A stretch of DNA of 64,000 nt from Hydrolagus colliei (taxonomy: Eukaryota). The stretch is taken from positions 16,864,001-16,928,000 of the forward strand of contig CM068749.1 of assembly GCA_035084275.1 (NCBI GenBank), read 5' to 3'. Position numbers and translations under genes: made by a program. How positions within the stretch are numbered: the stretch's first letter is position 1; every line of letters begins with the position of its first letter. The notes under the pieces are model-generated. The model did not search any database. It saw only the letters and a program-made list of their open reading frames with translations, and was not told the DNA's origin. Shown here piece after piece: positions 12,156-23,749 of the stretch.

Positions 12156-12309
12156 CAGTCTCAATCTTTGGATCAATATTAAAAGTCTCATTTCCGGGGC
12201 TAACACTTCCCCTCTTGTAAAAATACTGACAGACGGTTAAAGGTGTCACATGACTCCCTCTCCTCTCATAAGCATGATTGCCAACAGATATCTTGTGCAA
12301 TTGCATGTA
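12156..12309 (-). CDS. MCOLN3: Mucolipin-3, coding exon 3
   Basis: 154 nt; YMQLHKISVGNHAYERRGSHVTPLTVCQYFYKRGSVSPGNETFNIDPKIET. Confidence 0.95.
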
Positions 12310-12791
12310 CTAAACAAAAGTAAAGTAAAGCATTAGTTTGCAGCTGGTCACTGCACATTAAATTAATGCATCTAAAAAATTATTTAGCTTCCTTTACCAT
12401 GTTTTACATTAATTCCAAGATCTATTTCCAAACAGCTGAGGTAGATTACAATCCATCTTAAATAAAAACTTTTGAATGCTGTATATATATTAATTATGCT
12501 GAAATTGTCAGTTTTTAGATTTTTTTAAGGTTGCATTACTTGACTTTTTTTATTAAACAGTTTCATTTTTCACAAAAATATTTGAAACTATTCTTCAAAA
12601 TAGGTACAGAATTTAAACCTTTATTTTTTATAAATAACTGGCTGGAATCTAATTTAAAACTGACTATTCGCTTCATGATAACATTCACACAAATTACATG
12701 CCATACGTTTTTATTATAGTGTGGGAAAACAGGATTGACTAGAGTCTAATCAACAGTTGAGACATGCATTGAAATATAATGATTCACGCAC

Positions 12792-12968
12792 CTGATTGAT
12801 TATAAAAGAAAGATATTCGTAGACATCGTGCTGAGTGTATACAACACAGTCGTTATTAGCGCCATCAGATTTATCTACATAGTCTTTCAGAAAGAGATGC
12901 TTAAAAGCTATAGTGTTCTCCTGTTTGAAGAGGACCACCATTTGATTGCTCAATCCAAATAGAACTAA
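12792..12968 (-). CDS. MCOLN3: Mucolipin-3, coding exon 2
   Basis: 177 nt; LVLFGLSNQMVVLFKQENTIAFKHLFLKDYVDKSDGANNDCVVYTQHDVYEYLSFIINQ. Confidence 0.95.
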
Positions 12969-13100
12969 CTGAAAACAAGACAAATACATTCTTTATTATT
13001 ATTATAAGTACATATAACAAAAACGGATTGAAGGGCAAATATGTAAACTTTTGAAACATCAGAAAGATTGACTTCAGACTAAAAAAAACATTGCAGTTAA

Positions 13101-13280
13101 TGTGAGGGTTACATTCTTGTATATGTTCGAGTGTAACTGTAAGTAGCTATATATATATATATATATATATACGTATATTTTATTATTATTTTAATAAAGC
13201 TCTTTATTTAACAAAAGTATATTAAATAGTATATCGAACCAAATATTTAACCTTGGGAGGGTTTTTAAACCTATGTAAAA
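13101..13280 (+). repeat. Inverted repeat arm A (pairs with 14255-14447)
   Basis: tgtaactgtaagtagctata...aataaagctctttatttaacaaaagtatatt matches the reverse complement of arm B. Confidence 0.8.
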
Positions 13281-13429
13281 TATAAGACCTATGGAGTATA
13301 AATAGAGATTTAAAATTTTCACAAGTTTGACTGACACTTAAGACCAGCAATAAACTTTTTCTTTCAGGCCTTCATTTGACTTTGGTAAATGTAACTGAAT
13401 GTATATACACGGATAGTCTTGGATTTTAC

Positions 13430-13651
13430 CTGAAGAGTGACCATAGCTATCTTTAGGATCTGGACTCCCAGCTTCCATGGTTTGCGACCACGAGCTCGAA
13501 ACTTTTCGCATGGATTCATAAAAAAGAATTTCAGTTTTCTTCTAAGCTGATCCTCAAAAAAAGGGTCACACAGGAAATTATCGTGTTTCTCGAACAGTGA
13601 AGGTTTAACCTCATCAGGGGTCGAGTTGATGATCAATTCTGGATTTGCCAT
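13430..13651 (-). CDS. MCOLN3: Mucolipin-3, coding exon 1
   Basis: ccag|AA ATG; MANPELIIN...[42 protein letters not shown]; 12 exons total 1683 nt, 560 aa. Confidence 0.95.
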
Positions 13652-14254
13652 TTCTGGAGAAACAGATACATGGATTAGAATGCCATAAGAAGAAGAAACC
13701 AAATTCAATTAGAAAATGTGAGTGGAATTCCACACGGTTCACAGAGAATGGTACAGCCCAGAAACAGAATATTTAGCCCATCCACGCACATGACAACAAA
13801 TAACAAATTACATTTATAGAGCACCTTTCATGTCGGGAGGACGATTCGTGAAGAATGATTATGTCATTTACAGGCAATCCGCATTAACTATTTGTGTGAG
13901 TTTCCAATGGTTTGGGAAATAATTTGATCAAAGCTATAGAGAAAGTTTCATTAAATGAACTAATGTGTTAAATCCAAGGAAAGCAAGAAAAGTTCAGATG
14001 AATATATCTCTCTTGGAACATCATTATTTCAAAATACCAAACTTTTGTTTGTTACTATACAATACAAGTTAGATTTATACAATATTAATAAGACTGTTCA
14101 ACACAAATAAATATGAACTGATTTATTATTCAAGGTCACAGAATATGCTATTATGAGGATTCCCAGACTTCTTAGAAAAGGTACCACAAATATATTTTTT
14201 AAATCAAGCTAAATGTTCTTTAGTGAAGTAGTCTCTAATCTCATTTTGCAAAAT

Positions 14255-14447
14255 TTAAACCTGGCATTGAAAACCCTCATGGAAAGTTGTTAAATCATGC
14301 AGTTAAACAGTTGGCTTTGACATACTAATAAATATGCTTTTGATAAATAAAGAGCTTTATTGAAATGGTAAATATATATATTATATAGTTACTTACAGTT
14401 ACAATCGGAACATATATACCGTACTCGAATGTAACAAAGGGTCACAG
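14255..14447 (-). repeat. Inverted repeat arm B (pairs with 13101-13280)
   Basis: aatatgcttttgataaataaagagctttatt...tagttacttacagttaca. Confidence 0.8.
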
Positions 14448-15151
14448 AAGATGAAATGATGAGGATTCCCAGACCACATAACAAAAAGGGAAACACAAGT
14501 ACTCTATAAATCTTTAAATGTTATTTCCTCGTCCCAGAGATAATACATTGAAATCAAGGTAGAAATCCATGACGTTTCAATGTACAGTACAGCACTTTCT
14601 AACCAGCCAGAGTGTGTTTCAAACTTAATTGATTTACTTCGGTTAAAGGGAATTTTCCTGGGTCAGTTCTATATTATTGCTACACTCGGGATTTTTTTTT
14701 AAAAAAAGGTAAAACACACTATACCTGGGAAAGGGCAAACTTAAACAGTGTGTCCCCTATCTTTAATTTTTTTTAGAAAAGAGTGAGACTTTTTAAAAAA
14801 AAAACATGTGATCTTCCTCTGTTAGAAACCAGTGGTTTAAAAATAAAACTGACCTTGTTGTGTGTTATCGGAGGCTGACGAATGCACAAATAAAAGCTGC
14901 ATCTCACACACACGGGACCTGGTGTGTCTCCCTGCAGTTTCCATGTCATTAATACTTACTTAGTAAGTGACCTCCAGCTAACTTAACACAAACCTCCTCT
15001 CTCCATCCCTCCCCCTCACCAGGATTTTATACCCCCCACACAAACACACACACAATTGACAATATCCCCCTTGACAATGATGGGGGTAATGAACTTGTTA
15101 GCTAAAGGCAGGTAAATTGAACCACTGGTAAGAAAGGCAATAAACACTCAC

Positions 15152-15250
15152 CTCCGTCCGGCTGTGTCCAGCAGCAATGAGCTAAATATAGGAGGTCGGT
15201 TGGTTGGTTTAACAAGGGGACAGCAGCAGCCTATTGACTGCAGAGCCCTC
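15152..15250 (-). other. Candidate non-coding 5' exon of MCOLN3
   Basis: Strong donor GAG|gtgagt at 15152/15151; transcription start unknown. Confidence 0.45.
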
Positions 15251-15478
15251 CCTCACCTGTTCTCACAGACACACGGCCCAAAGTCACCCCCACAATCTGT
15301 CACTCAATGGCTGCAGGTTCCCAGCTTCATTCCAGCTCCACTTTCAAATGACATGAAACCTGGACGTCAGCCAACACAATGCAATCGCTTTTGCAAACGG
15401 GAGAGGGACAGGATGCATGCATCTCTGACGCAGATATCTCAAACCGATTGAGGCTGGTCTACATCAGCAGAGATCGTT

Positions 15479-15798
15479 TGGAGTCCTGTAGCTCAGTGGT
15501 TAGTTAGAGACCTCGCCTCACCAGCAAGAGAATTGGGTTCGATTCCAGGCAAGGCCAAACCATGAGCAAGTTTCCTAACTCCACAGGCCTGATAATAATC
15601 CCTCCCCAAAAACATGAAAAACTTGTCGTTTCAAACCACTGCTGTTTGTGGGACACTGCTGGGTGCAATTGGCTACCGTGTTTCACCCACAAATATACCA
15701 GTTAAATCATTTTACAGTGCACCCTGTGAAGCGCTTTGGGATGGCTAGAAGACGTGAAAAGCGCTATATCAAATGCAAGGATTATTATTCATTATTAT
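15479..15798 (+). mobile_element. Full-length tRNA-derived SINE with intact A and B boxes
   Basis: A box TAGCTCAGTGG, B box GGTTCGATTCC, tail GAAAAGCGCTATATCAAATGCAAGG(ATT)n. Confidence 0.92.
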
Positions 15799-16233
15799 CA
15801 TCAAACCACTCTTGCTGGCATTTGAAATGAATTATACAGCTGTATTCTGCTTTGGAAACCTCGACATCGTACCATGCGTTTGCTCCACTGAGCTTTTTTT
15901 TTGTAGAGACTCAAAAGACAATATTTATTGCTGCTGATCAATTAACATAAATACCTCCGTGAAACTGTGCATGTCGATAAACACACACGTTCTGTTTATT
16001 TGACAATACTGGATAATTCACAGTGTTGCATTCATGAAACTGTTGGCTGGCGAATGACTGCCTTGGTAAATAATCTATTCATTTAAGATAATGGTCTTCT
16101 GATTACCATAGAATTATATTCTGAAGGTAGAATTATAAATGCAAGTTGTTGTTGCTATCATTCTAAGGAAGGGAGCAATTGATGCAATTTTAAGACGAAT
16201 GAATATTCAAATTTAATTATGTGCAAGAAACTC

Positions 16234-16343
16234 ATAATAGTAATAATAATCCTTGCATTTGATATAGCGAGTTTCACGTCTTCTGGACGTCTCAAAGCGC
16301 TTCACAGAATATACTGCAAAGCGAATTGACTGTATATTTTGTG
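16234..16343 (-). mobile_element. SINE 3' fragment
   Basis: (TAA)n TCCTTGCATTTGATATAGCG...AAAGCGCTTCACAG. Confidence 0.85.
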
Positions 16344-16599
16344 TGCAAGGAAGTGGGTGGGTGGGTGGGGTGGGTGTGGGGGGCAGGTAAAACTGGGGGC
16401 AACTTGAGAGAAAAACCCTAATGGCATAGCAGTGTTGCAGGACAGTGCTCTGCCAATACTGAGCTGCCTACAGTGTTCACTGTGTGTGTGTGGTGTGGGG
16501 GGGGGGCAGGGGAGGCTGTGTGTGTGTGTGTGTGTGGGGGGTGAGGGGTACTTGTGGGGGGGGGGGGGAGGTGTGTGTATGAGATGCTACAATTGTTTC

Positions 16600-16790
16600 C
16601 AAATGCCTTTGTTGGTCACCAAGCCCCGCCCCGATTGTATCCAATTCGTCCGCGCGTTCGAGTCAACGTGGGGTACGATTGGCTGCAACTTCTGTCAATC
16701 GACTAGAATCCACCCCGTCGCCCCGCCTCCTCATAGCAACCGCCCAGGAGACGAGAGACGCCGGAAGCTCCAGCAGGACAACGGATTCTC
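16600..16790 (+). promoter_or_regulatory. CpG-rich DNAI3 promoter with GC boxes, CCAAT boxes and RFX X-box-like sites
   Basis: CCCCGCCCC near 16624, ATTGG near 16678, CCCCGCCTCC at 16721, CTCATAGCAAC 16730-16740, CCCAGGAGAC near 16743. Confidence 0.65.
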
Positions 16791-16854
16791 CTCCACTCAC
16801 CACAGCCACTCACTCACTCACTCACTCACTGAGCCGAGCCAAAGCAGGGGGTGG
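16745..16854 (+). other. Candidate non-coding exon 1 of DNAI3
   Basis: Donor TGG|gtaaga at 16854/16855 after a (CACT)n repeat; start approximate. Confidence 0.5.
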
Positions 16855-17215
16855 GTAAGAGGCTACTGTGACCTGGGGGTTTGCGGGTAACTGGTCAGCC
16901 GTCCTGACGGTTCTGATCCCGAGTCAAACAGTGTCATTATGTTTATGTTTTTATAGATGTACATACATAATAACGTAATAAGATGTATTATTATTTATTA
17001 TTGAGAGGTCCAGAAGACGTGAAAAGCGCCATGTCGAATGAAAGGATTACTATTGTTAATTATATAAACGACTAATGTAGAGAGGTTGGGGGTGGGGAGG
17101 GATGGGAGGCCGAGGAAGAGGTGGCGGGGAAGGAGGTGGGAGGGATTGATAGAGTGTGCTAACTATGTTTGAATCAAAAAACGGGTGAACAACTGTAGTA
17201 TGTTACCATAGGAGT

Positions 17216-17325
17216 TTTGCCAACAAATATACAGACAATTCACTTTACAGAATATTCTGTGAAGCGCTTTGAAACCTCTAGAAGATGTGAAAAGCGCTAT
17301 ATCAAATGCAAGAATTATTATTATT
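17216..17325 (+). mobile_element. SINE 3' fragment
   Basis: Same family core and tail. Confidence 0.85.
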
Positions 17326-17623
17326 CATTAATGTTAATTAATAATAATATGTGTAACATGGGAGTGTGGTACAAAGCTTCAGTTAAATCCTTGTCACCTC
17401 TCCAAATAACGGTTCACCCGATGGAATTTTTAAAAAAACGTCCTCTCTACCTGCCAAGGCTGATTCATTTTTGACTTAAAGATGCGAGTTATTTGTGTCA
17501 GATTGGCTTGATTCACTTCACATCTTTCCAGTTGTCCACATTTACTATCCCTCTCATCACTGGGCTTAACTGATCGGTGTCCAAATTTTATATTTGATAT
17601 TTCAGACTTGCTGTTTGTAACGA

Positions 17624-17730
17624 TATAATAATCCTTGCATTTGATACAATACTTTTCACGTCTTCCAGATGTCTCAAAGTGCTTGAAAGATGAACTGTAA
17701 AGTGAATTGACTATATATTTTGTGGGTGAA
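17624..17730 (-). mobile_element. SINE 3' fragment
   Basis: Same family tail on the reverse strand. Confidence 0.8.
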
Positions 17731-17917
17731 ATGAACTCCAGACAGCGGACATTATCAGTCAAGCTTGTGACACTTTTTGAATCCTTCGGGCATATTACCG
17801 TTTTCCTCAATTGACATTTCTAGTCAGTCAAAACTTCTGTCAGTCTGGCAGCATTTTAAAAACGTCAAATAAAGTATGTTTATATATACACTTTATTAAT
17901 AACCTTTACAGATTAAG

Positions 17918-18068
17918 ATGAACGGAAGCAGAAAGGATAGCATAGATTCAAGAAGTTCCACACCTAAAATTTCCAGAGGATTTACACCAAGGACAAGAAG
18001 TTTTGTAGAGCCAGAAAAAGGCAAATTGATCCCAAGCAGTGGTAAAAGCGGTAAAAAGAAAAAACATG
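17918..18068 (+). CDS. DNAI3: Dynein axonemal intermediate chain 3 (WDR63), coding exon 1
   Basis: tttacag acceptor at 17911, ATG 17918, MNGSRKDS...SGKKKKH G|gtgag; 22 exons total 2718 nt, 905 aa. Confidence 0.8.
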
Positions 18069-18428
18069 GTGAGTTTACTGATACCGACTTTTTTTTCGCA
18101 TCTTCTAAGAGTAAGGATAAGTTTTTTCCCCCATAAAATTTGAATTAAACTTTTGTATCCCTATTGGATAAAATTGCTTCTAAAAGCCATATAGACCCTG
18201 CCTCTTCTCCCAGATTTAATCCTCACCTGGATTAAATGTGTTTGATCTCACCAATGTTGGGGGGGTGGGGGGTGGTGGCGAGAGAGGCAAAAGAGGCAAA
18301 AATCAGATCAATTACTTCCAGGGATCCCTGCTGGAAAAGGTATGTCTCTTTTTTCCAACTCATTATTATTATTATTTTTATTGCAGAAATATTTTGAAAT
18401 ATTTGATTACCTATGATGTTTATTTCAG

Positions 18429-18464
18429 GAAGGAAAGGCGAGGACACATTACATGCTGCTGATG
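18429..18464 (+). CDS. DNAI3: DNAI3 coding exon 2
   Basis: 36 nt, ttcag/gtaagt, phase 1-1; GRKGEDTLHAAD. Confidence 0.75.
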
Positions 18465-18494
18465 GTAAGTTTTTCAGGAATGTTTTCTTCCTGG

Positions 18495-18700
18495 TGGAGT
18501 CCTATAGCTCAGTGATTAGAGCACTTGCCTTACAAGCAAGAGACCTAGGTTCAATTCTAGGCAGGGTAAAATCTTGGAGAAGGACGGTACCTATGGTCAC
18601 CTCTCCTTCTCCCTCACTCAGTATCCAAACCCGCCACTGTACAGTACTCCCAAGATGCTATCCTGTGTGTAAGGTCGCTAAATAAATGCAAATTATAGTC
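18495..18700 (+). mobile_element. SINE tRNA head joined to an L2-like tail
   Basis: GGAGTCCTATAGCTCAGTG...GGTTCAATTCT head, non-family middle, end GTCGCTAAATAAATGCAAATT. Confidence 0.65.
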
Positions 18701-19602
18701 ATTGTCTATTTAATTTTCAGAGACCTATTTGTTGAAATCCACTATTATTCAGATGCAGAAAAACCAAAGTTGCTGCAACAGTTAGTTTAAAATAACTGGA
18801 GGGTTGATAGAAAATTAAACTATGACATGTTCCTATTTGGCGCTGGTACAGTTTTGGCCCCCAAATGTTAGGATGGGTTGCAGATTTACAACAACCTTTA
18901 ACTTTTTGTCTTCTTTAATGAGTGGGTTAATCATTTTGAACTGTTCTAAAATACTTTCAATCACTGTATTTTTAATTACAATTGTCTCAGCAGAAATCCT
19001 ACTGACTCCCATTACTTAGAGAACCCTGTAGAAGTTGTATTGTATTTGTTGACAAGATTCCCTTTGTACCAATAAGATAACTACATGAATATAACAAAAC
19101 TACGAGTCACACTATGTTTTTTGTATCTTTGGAAGGATTATCTACTTTGCTTTTAGCTCACAGTGATCTAAACACATAGAGTAAATTTTTTTTTCATGAC
19201 CACTTTCTAAGATCCAGTGGAGAGCGAGGAGTGGAGGGGTACAATGGACCCCTCCATTGGTGACCGAAGGCACGGTCGAAAGGAAGGTCGTGAAATAAAA
19301 CATTATAAATAGAGTGATATTGATGAGTTACAAATTTATAACAGTCCCTGTAATAATAACTCTTGCATTTGATGTATATAGGGCCTTAACATGCTATTGA
19401 TATGTTCAAATTGTTTCTCAGGATCTTACAACAACAACAACCAACTTACATTTGTATAGCGTCTTTCACTTATTATGCATTTGTAGACAAACACAGCAGC
19501 CAATTTGCGCACTGCAATGACCCTGAAACAGCAAAGAAGTGAATTACCAATTTTATTTGGGAAATTCTCAGCCAATAATACAAACTTCAATGTTTTTTGC
19601 AG

Positions 19603-19787
19603 GTTCACTTGAAGGCATTGTGCCTCTTTTTCTTACCCCAAAGACTCAGGAAATCTTCCATTGTACAATTGCTGAAGATATCATGGAAGAAAGACCCTTC
19701 ATGTTTATCAAAAAAGAAGATATCATTCGTGACATGCATGAAAGACAAGCTATCTCCGATTTCCACCCAATCAAGCAGACTATTCTT
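19603..19787 (+). CDS. DNAI3: DNAI3 coding exon 3
   Basis: 185 nt; GSLEGIVPLFLTPKTQEIFHC...SDFHPIKQTIL|gttggt. Confidence 0.9.
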
Positions 19788-20191
19788 GTTGGTATCATTT
19801 TCATTCTACATTATTAAACACCAGCAGGGAACCTAAATGAAACAAGCTGCTGCCAATACTTACTTCCTTTTAAAAACATGTACATTGAGAACGTCTGTAA
19901 CTGACCAAAACAATCTTTATTCACCTTTTTGCCTTCAAATAATTCAAATGGATAAAAGATGAGTTCTGACTTGTATTTAAAATGAGATCAGTTTTCCATT
20001 ATATTATTTGTGTGCTGCAAATTTTAGAAATAGTACATTCAATCATGTGAGAAAGAAATTAATTCTCAGGAGAGCGCAATCAGGATGGATGAATGGGCTG
20101 AGTTCTAAGGAGAAACCTGTAGAGCAATACCTCCAGTTTAAGTAAGTTTATGAGTATTTCCTGAATGCTATCTAGTTTTTTTTTTATCCAG

Positions 20192-20296
20192 GACTACCCA
20201 GAGGAAGAAATTCTGCTTGTGTATGACAAGGACTTTTCACATGGACAAAATTTCTACATTGCTGTAAATGAGGCGATGAAGTTGAAAACTGTTAAA
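20192..20296 (+). CDS. DNAI3: DNAI3 coding exon 4
   Basis: 105 nt; DYPEEEILLVYDKDFSHGQNFYIAVNEAMKLKTVK. Confidence 0.93.
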
Positions 20297-21155
20297 GTAT
20301 GTGATAATCTATGTACAAAATGAAATTCAATCAGGTAGAGTAAGCTGATAGATCGGTGCTATCTCTGTAAAGCATTTGTGAAGAGGATTGAAAACAAAAG
20401 CAAATGTTTATTGTTTTCTTCTGTCACAATTTCAAAGCTCATGGAAAACATTTGGTCATGTTCCCTGAAGGCAGGGGATGTTTTATGTTTTTCAAATGCA
20501 GAATGATTTTGGCAATAGACTAAAATGCTAAAGATAATTTTTAAAAAGTACTTAACGGTAAGTGGGTGGACAGTGGGACACGTGATGTGAAAATGTGAAC
20601 AGTCCACAATTCCAAATTGTTGATGGTTGGTCTGGATGATGGTTGGGCTCAGTTATCTCACAACAATTCTGACCTCTAGGTGCCACTGAACTTGAACTTG
20701 CCTCCCACGTTTTAGCTTTTTTTTAAAAAAAGAAAGTTTCTGTTGTTCAATACCAGAAAATAAATGCCTTATAATCCAAGTCAAATTGTATTTTATTTTA
20801 TGTGAATCGGTTCTTTTAATTTTATTTCTATTTTTCTTAAAAAAGCATCACCAGTAGATGGAGGCATGGGATTGAAATCCATGCCACAAAGGACACTAAC
20901 CTTTAATCAGAACCATTCAGTGCTGGAGACAGTGGAGAGCTGAACAGCAAAGAGGTCATTAGAGCTCAAACAGCCTGGCCACAAGCAATGTCTAGACAAA
21001 CCCATTGATTGAGGGACCAATGAGTGACAGTCACCTGTGGGACTGCACTGGGAATACAGTCAGGATTTCATCATAAGAAGGAGAATTAAGGTGGAAATGG
21101 TGAAATATTAAATGAATTTGAGAAGCTGTCATTAAGAATTCTTGATTTCTTATAG

Positions 21156-21284
21156 ATGTTAGACCAGAAAGCTGAGGAGGAGGAAGATGCTTATGTGACC
21201 AAATTCTCAGATTTCAAACCCTGGATTTCTCTGGGCAGCGAAATTGAAATTGAACATGAAATGGTGAAAGAATCTGAAACTAAG
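21156..21284 (+). CDS. DNAI3: DNAI3 coding exon 5
   Basis: 129 nt; MLDQKAEEEEDAYVTKFSDFKPWISLGSEIEIEHEMVKESETK. Confidence 0.88.
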
Positions 21285-21339
21285 GTCAGAGCTAACATGT
21301 CCTTATACTCTTGTATTTTTTTTGTGTGAGAGCAAGAGA

Positions 21340-21520
21340 ATAATAATAATAATCATCATTGCATTTCATATACACTTTTCAGGTCTCTTAGATGTCTCAA
21401 AGCACTTCACAGAATATACTGTAAAGTGAATTGACTGTATATTTATGGGTGCAACGCGGCAGCCAATTGCGCACAGCAGTGCCCCACAACAGTCGTGGAT
21501 TGAAAATGATAAATTTTTAA
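21340..21520 (-). mobile_element. SINE core and tail fragment
   Basis: GCGGCAGCCAATTGCGCACAGCAG core plus family tail. Confidence 0.85.
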
Positions 21521-22138
21521 TTAATTTTTTTGGACAGATTATTACTATTAGTATTATTATTATCACAACCAAATCATTTAAGATTGCTGTGTTTCTGAAA
21601 TTTGTAGCTCTCTTCCTGACAGAATGGCTAAAATGGCTATCCTTCGCTCTGTGCCGACAATTGCTTCGCAAACTGTTTAATATCTTTTTGAGAAAGTTAC
21701 TATTCACCCTCAAACAAATGTCATAAAACCACGAGAACTTTGAGACTGAAAGGGGTTGTACATCAACAACAACTACTTGCATTCATATAGCGCCCTTCAC
21801 GCTTGGTAGCGTCACAGAGTGCTTAGTGAAATTAAATAATTGTTCTGCATTGTCACATAGAATGAGTTTGGGCATTTATCATGGAACAATTTCAAGGCCA
21901 TTAGCTCATCCAATCAACCAGAACCCCAAGCCACCCAAATCAAAGATATCTTCAAGTGGTATAACATTTATCATTTGGCTGCCAGATTTCTGTGAGATAT
22001 TTGTGTCATTAGATTGCCTTGAGAGATGTTTCATCAGTTTCACTGTTGATTTATTTGCCTCTGTGACAAGACCACATCATAAGGTATGTATTTGCTACTT
22101 GTGACTGTAATTACAAATATTTTATTTCTTCAACGTAG

Positions 22139-22338
22139 CTGAAGTTTAGAATTTCACGTCTCCGCAAAGAGTTTGGAGCGAAAGTGAGTTTTTCTGACCG
22201 TAGTGCCTCTGCGGCAAAGGACAGTTACGTGGAATGTGCTTCCTATCCGGACTCCAGCTTCAGCCTTAAAATGCTAGAGAGGGCTGTGGGGGTACAGGCT
22301 GTTGCGCATTTGCAAGAAACTTCTACGCAGACTAAATG
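22139..22338 (+). CDS. DNAI3: DNAI3 coding exon 6
   Basis: 200 nt; LKFRISRLRKEFGAKVSFSDRSASAAKDSYVECASYPD...STQTKW. Confidence 0.93.
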
Positions 22339-22560
22339 GTGAGTTGCAACATGCTTTCTCCCAGTGCAATATAACTATGATTCCTAAGCCTTTACTGGAG
22401 TAAATACTGTAGCTAGTATATAGTATAGCTGATTAGTTCATAGCAAATTAAATTTCACTGGGGGGCATTTTCAATTAGGGTCAAAAGTAGTACTGTACTA
22501 ACCTATTTTGGGAGTGAAGTTCAACCAATCAGTGATGTTACTGATGTTGGTGCTCGTGTT

Positions 22561-22679
22561 GATAATAATATTAATCCTTGCATTTGATATGGTGCTTCTA
22601 GACACCTCACAGAATATATTGTAAAGTGAATTGTCTGTGTATTTGTGGGCGAAACCCGGCAGCCAACTGTACACAGCAG
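22561..22679 (-). mobile_element. SINE 3' fragment
   Basis: Family tail and core. Confidence 0.8.
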
Positions 22680-22856
22680 TAGTGGAGTTTGTTCTCCCTC
22701 CCACCACCACCCCCTCCTTCCCCCTATCACATTATAAGGGAACACTTTGTTCTGTAGTCAAAATGAAGGCTGCCAGTGCCCATAGACTGGATATCTCACT
22801 CGTAAAAATATTTAGGATTTTGTTGTGTTAAAATATGGGAATCTATGTTGTTTCAG

Positions 22857-22973
22857 GACTTATCCAAGGAACGCTTGCACCCAGAGTGTGGCTCGAGAGT
22901 TCACAGAGGAGACAAAAAAAGAAGTTTTGGAAAGTAAAGACTTCAAAGATTTCATCAACTCGGTTTCCTTAAG
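22857..22973 (+). CDS. DNAI3: DNAI3 coding exon 7
   Basis: 117 nt; TYPRNACTQSVAREFTEETKKEVLESKDFKDFINSVSLR. Confidence 0.93.
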
Positions 22974-23537
22974 GTAAGTCTACTGAGCAGTACAACATGT
23001 TGCTTTGCAGAGCAAGGGACATTGTAGAATTAGATATTTTATTCCAATCCTTCACCAGCCCTTTGCTTGTATATTGTGCAGATTATATTCATAGAATAAA
23101 AACCAAGTAACTAAGGTACCACATTCCACTGAGCTTTACAGGCAATCAAAGGCTGGGTCTGTACTGAGGTAGTTGATGTCAGCCAATACAGTAATGAAGG
23201 GAATGCTATTACTGTATAATAATCCTTTTATTTGATTTAGTGTCCTTTCAAGGTAAGAATTGGAGAAGGGAAGTAAATACTGGAGAATTATTGTAAGGAA
23301 GGCACCCGACAAACGATCTTATACAATCGTGACTTTTAGTACCAATAATCTTGAGTTAAAGAGTTTACACTGGTCAACAGAATAAAGTGTTTAGGGACTT
23401 ATCATAGTATTCTACAACAACAACACTTGAATTTATATTGCACCCTCCATGCTGGGCAGTGTCTCAGAGCGACGGTTTAGATGCACTTTATATTGTTAGC
23501 ATTAATTACGTTATGATGTGTACCTCTTTGAGGACAG

Positions 23538-23728
23538 GTTTGAAGTAGCTTTGCAGCAAAATGAGATCATGGATGTGTTCTACGACGACTGGAAGGGTCT
23601 TTCAGATGAAGAAAGTGGATTTGGGGGAAAATCAGACAGCCACTTAAAGGAGTACCAGTCCTTCACAGACATACGCCACAGCAAAGGAAAGCGAATCAGC
23701 CACATCGAATGGCATCCAACATTCCCCG
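23538..23728 (+). CDS. DNAI3: DNAI3 coding exon 8
   Basis: 191 nt; FEVALQQNEIMDVFYDDW...HLKEYQSFTD...WHPTFP. Confidence 0.95.
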
Positions 23729-23749
23729 GTAAGAGCATCGTAACTGAAT

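Noticed and set aside
15479-15550. tRNA-like sequence with A and B boxes
   Set aside because: SINE head continuing into the family core and tail, not a tRNA gene
16432-16890. 152-aa ORF over the DNAI3 promoter
   Set aside because: Low-complexity (GT)n and G-run sequence with no recognisable protein
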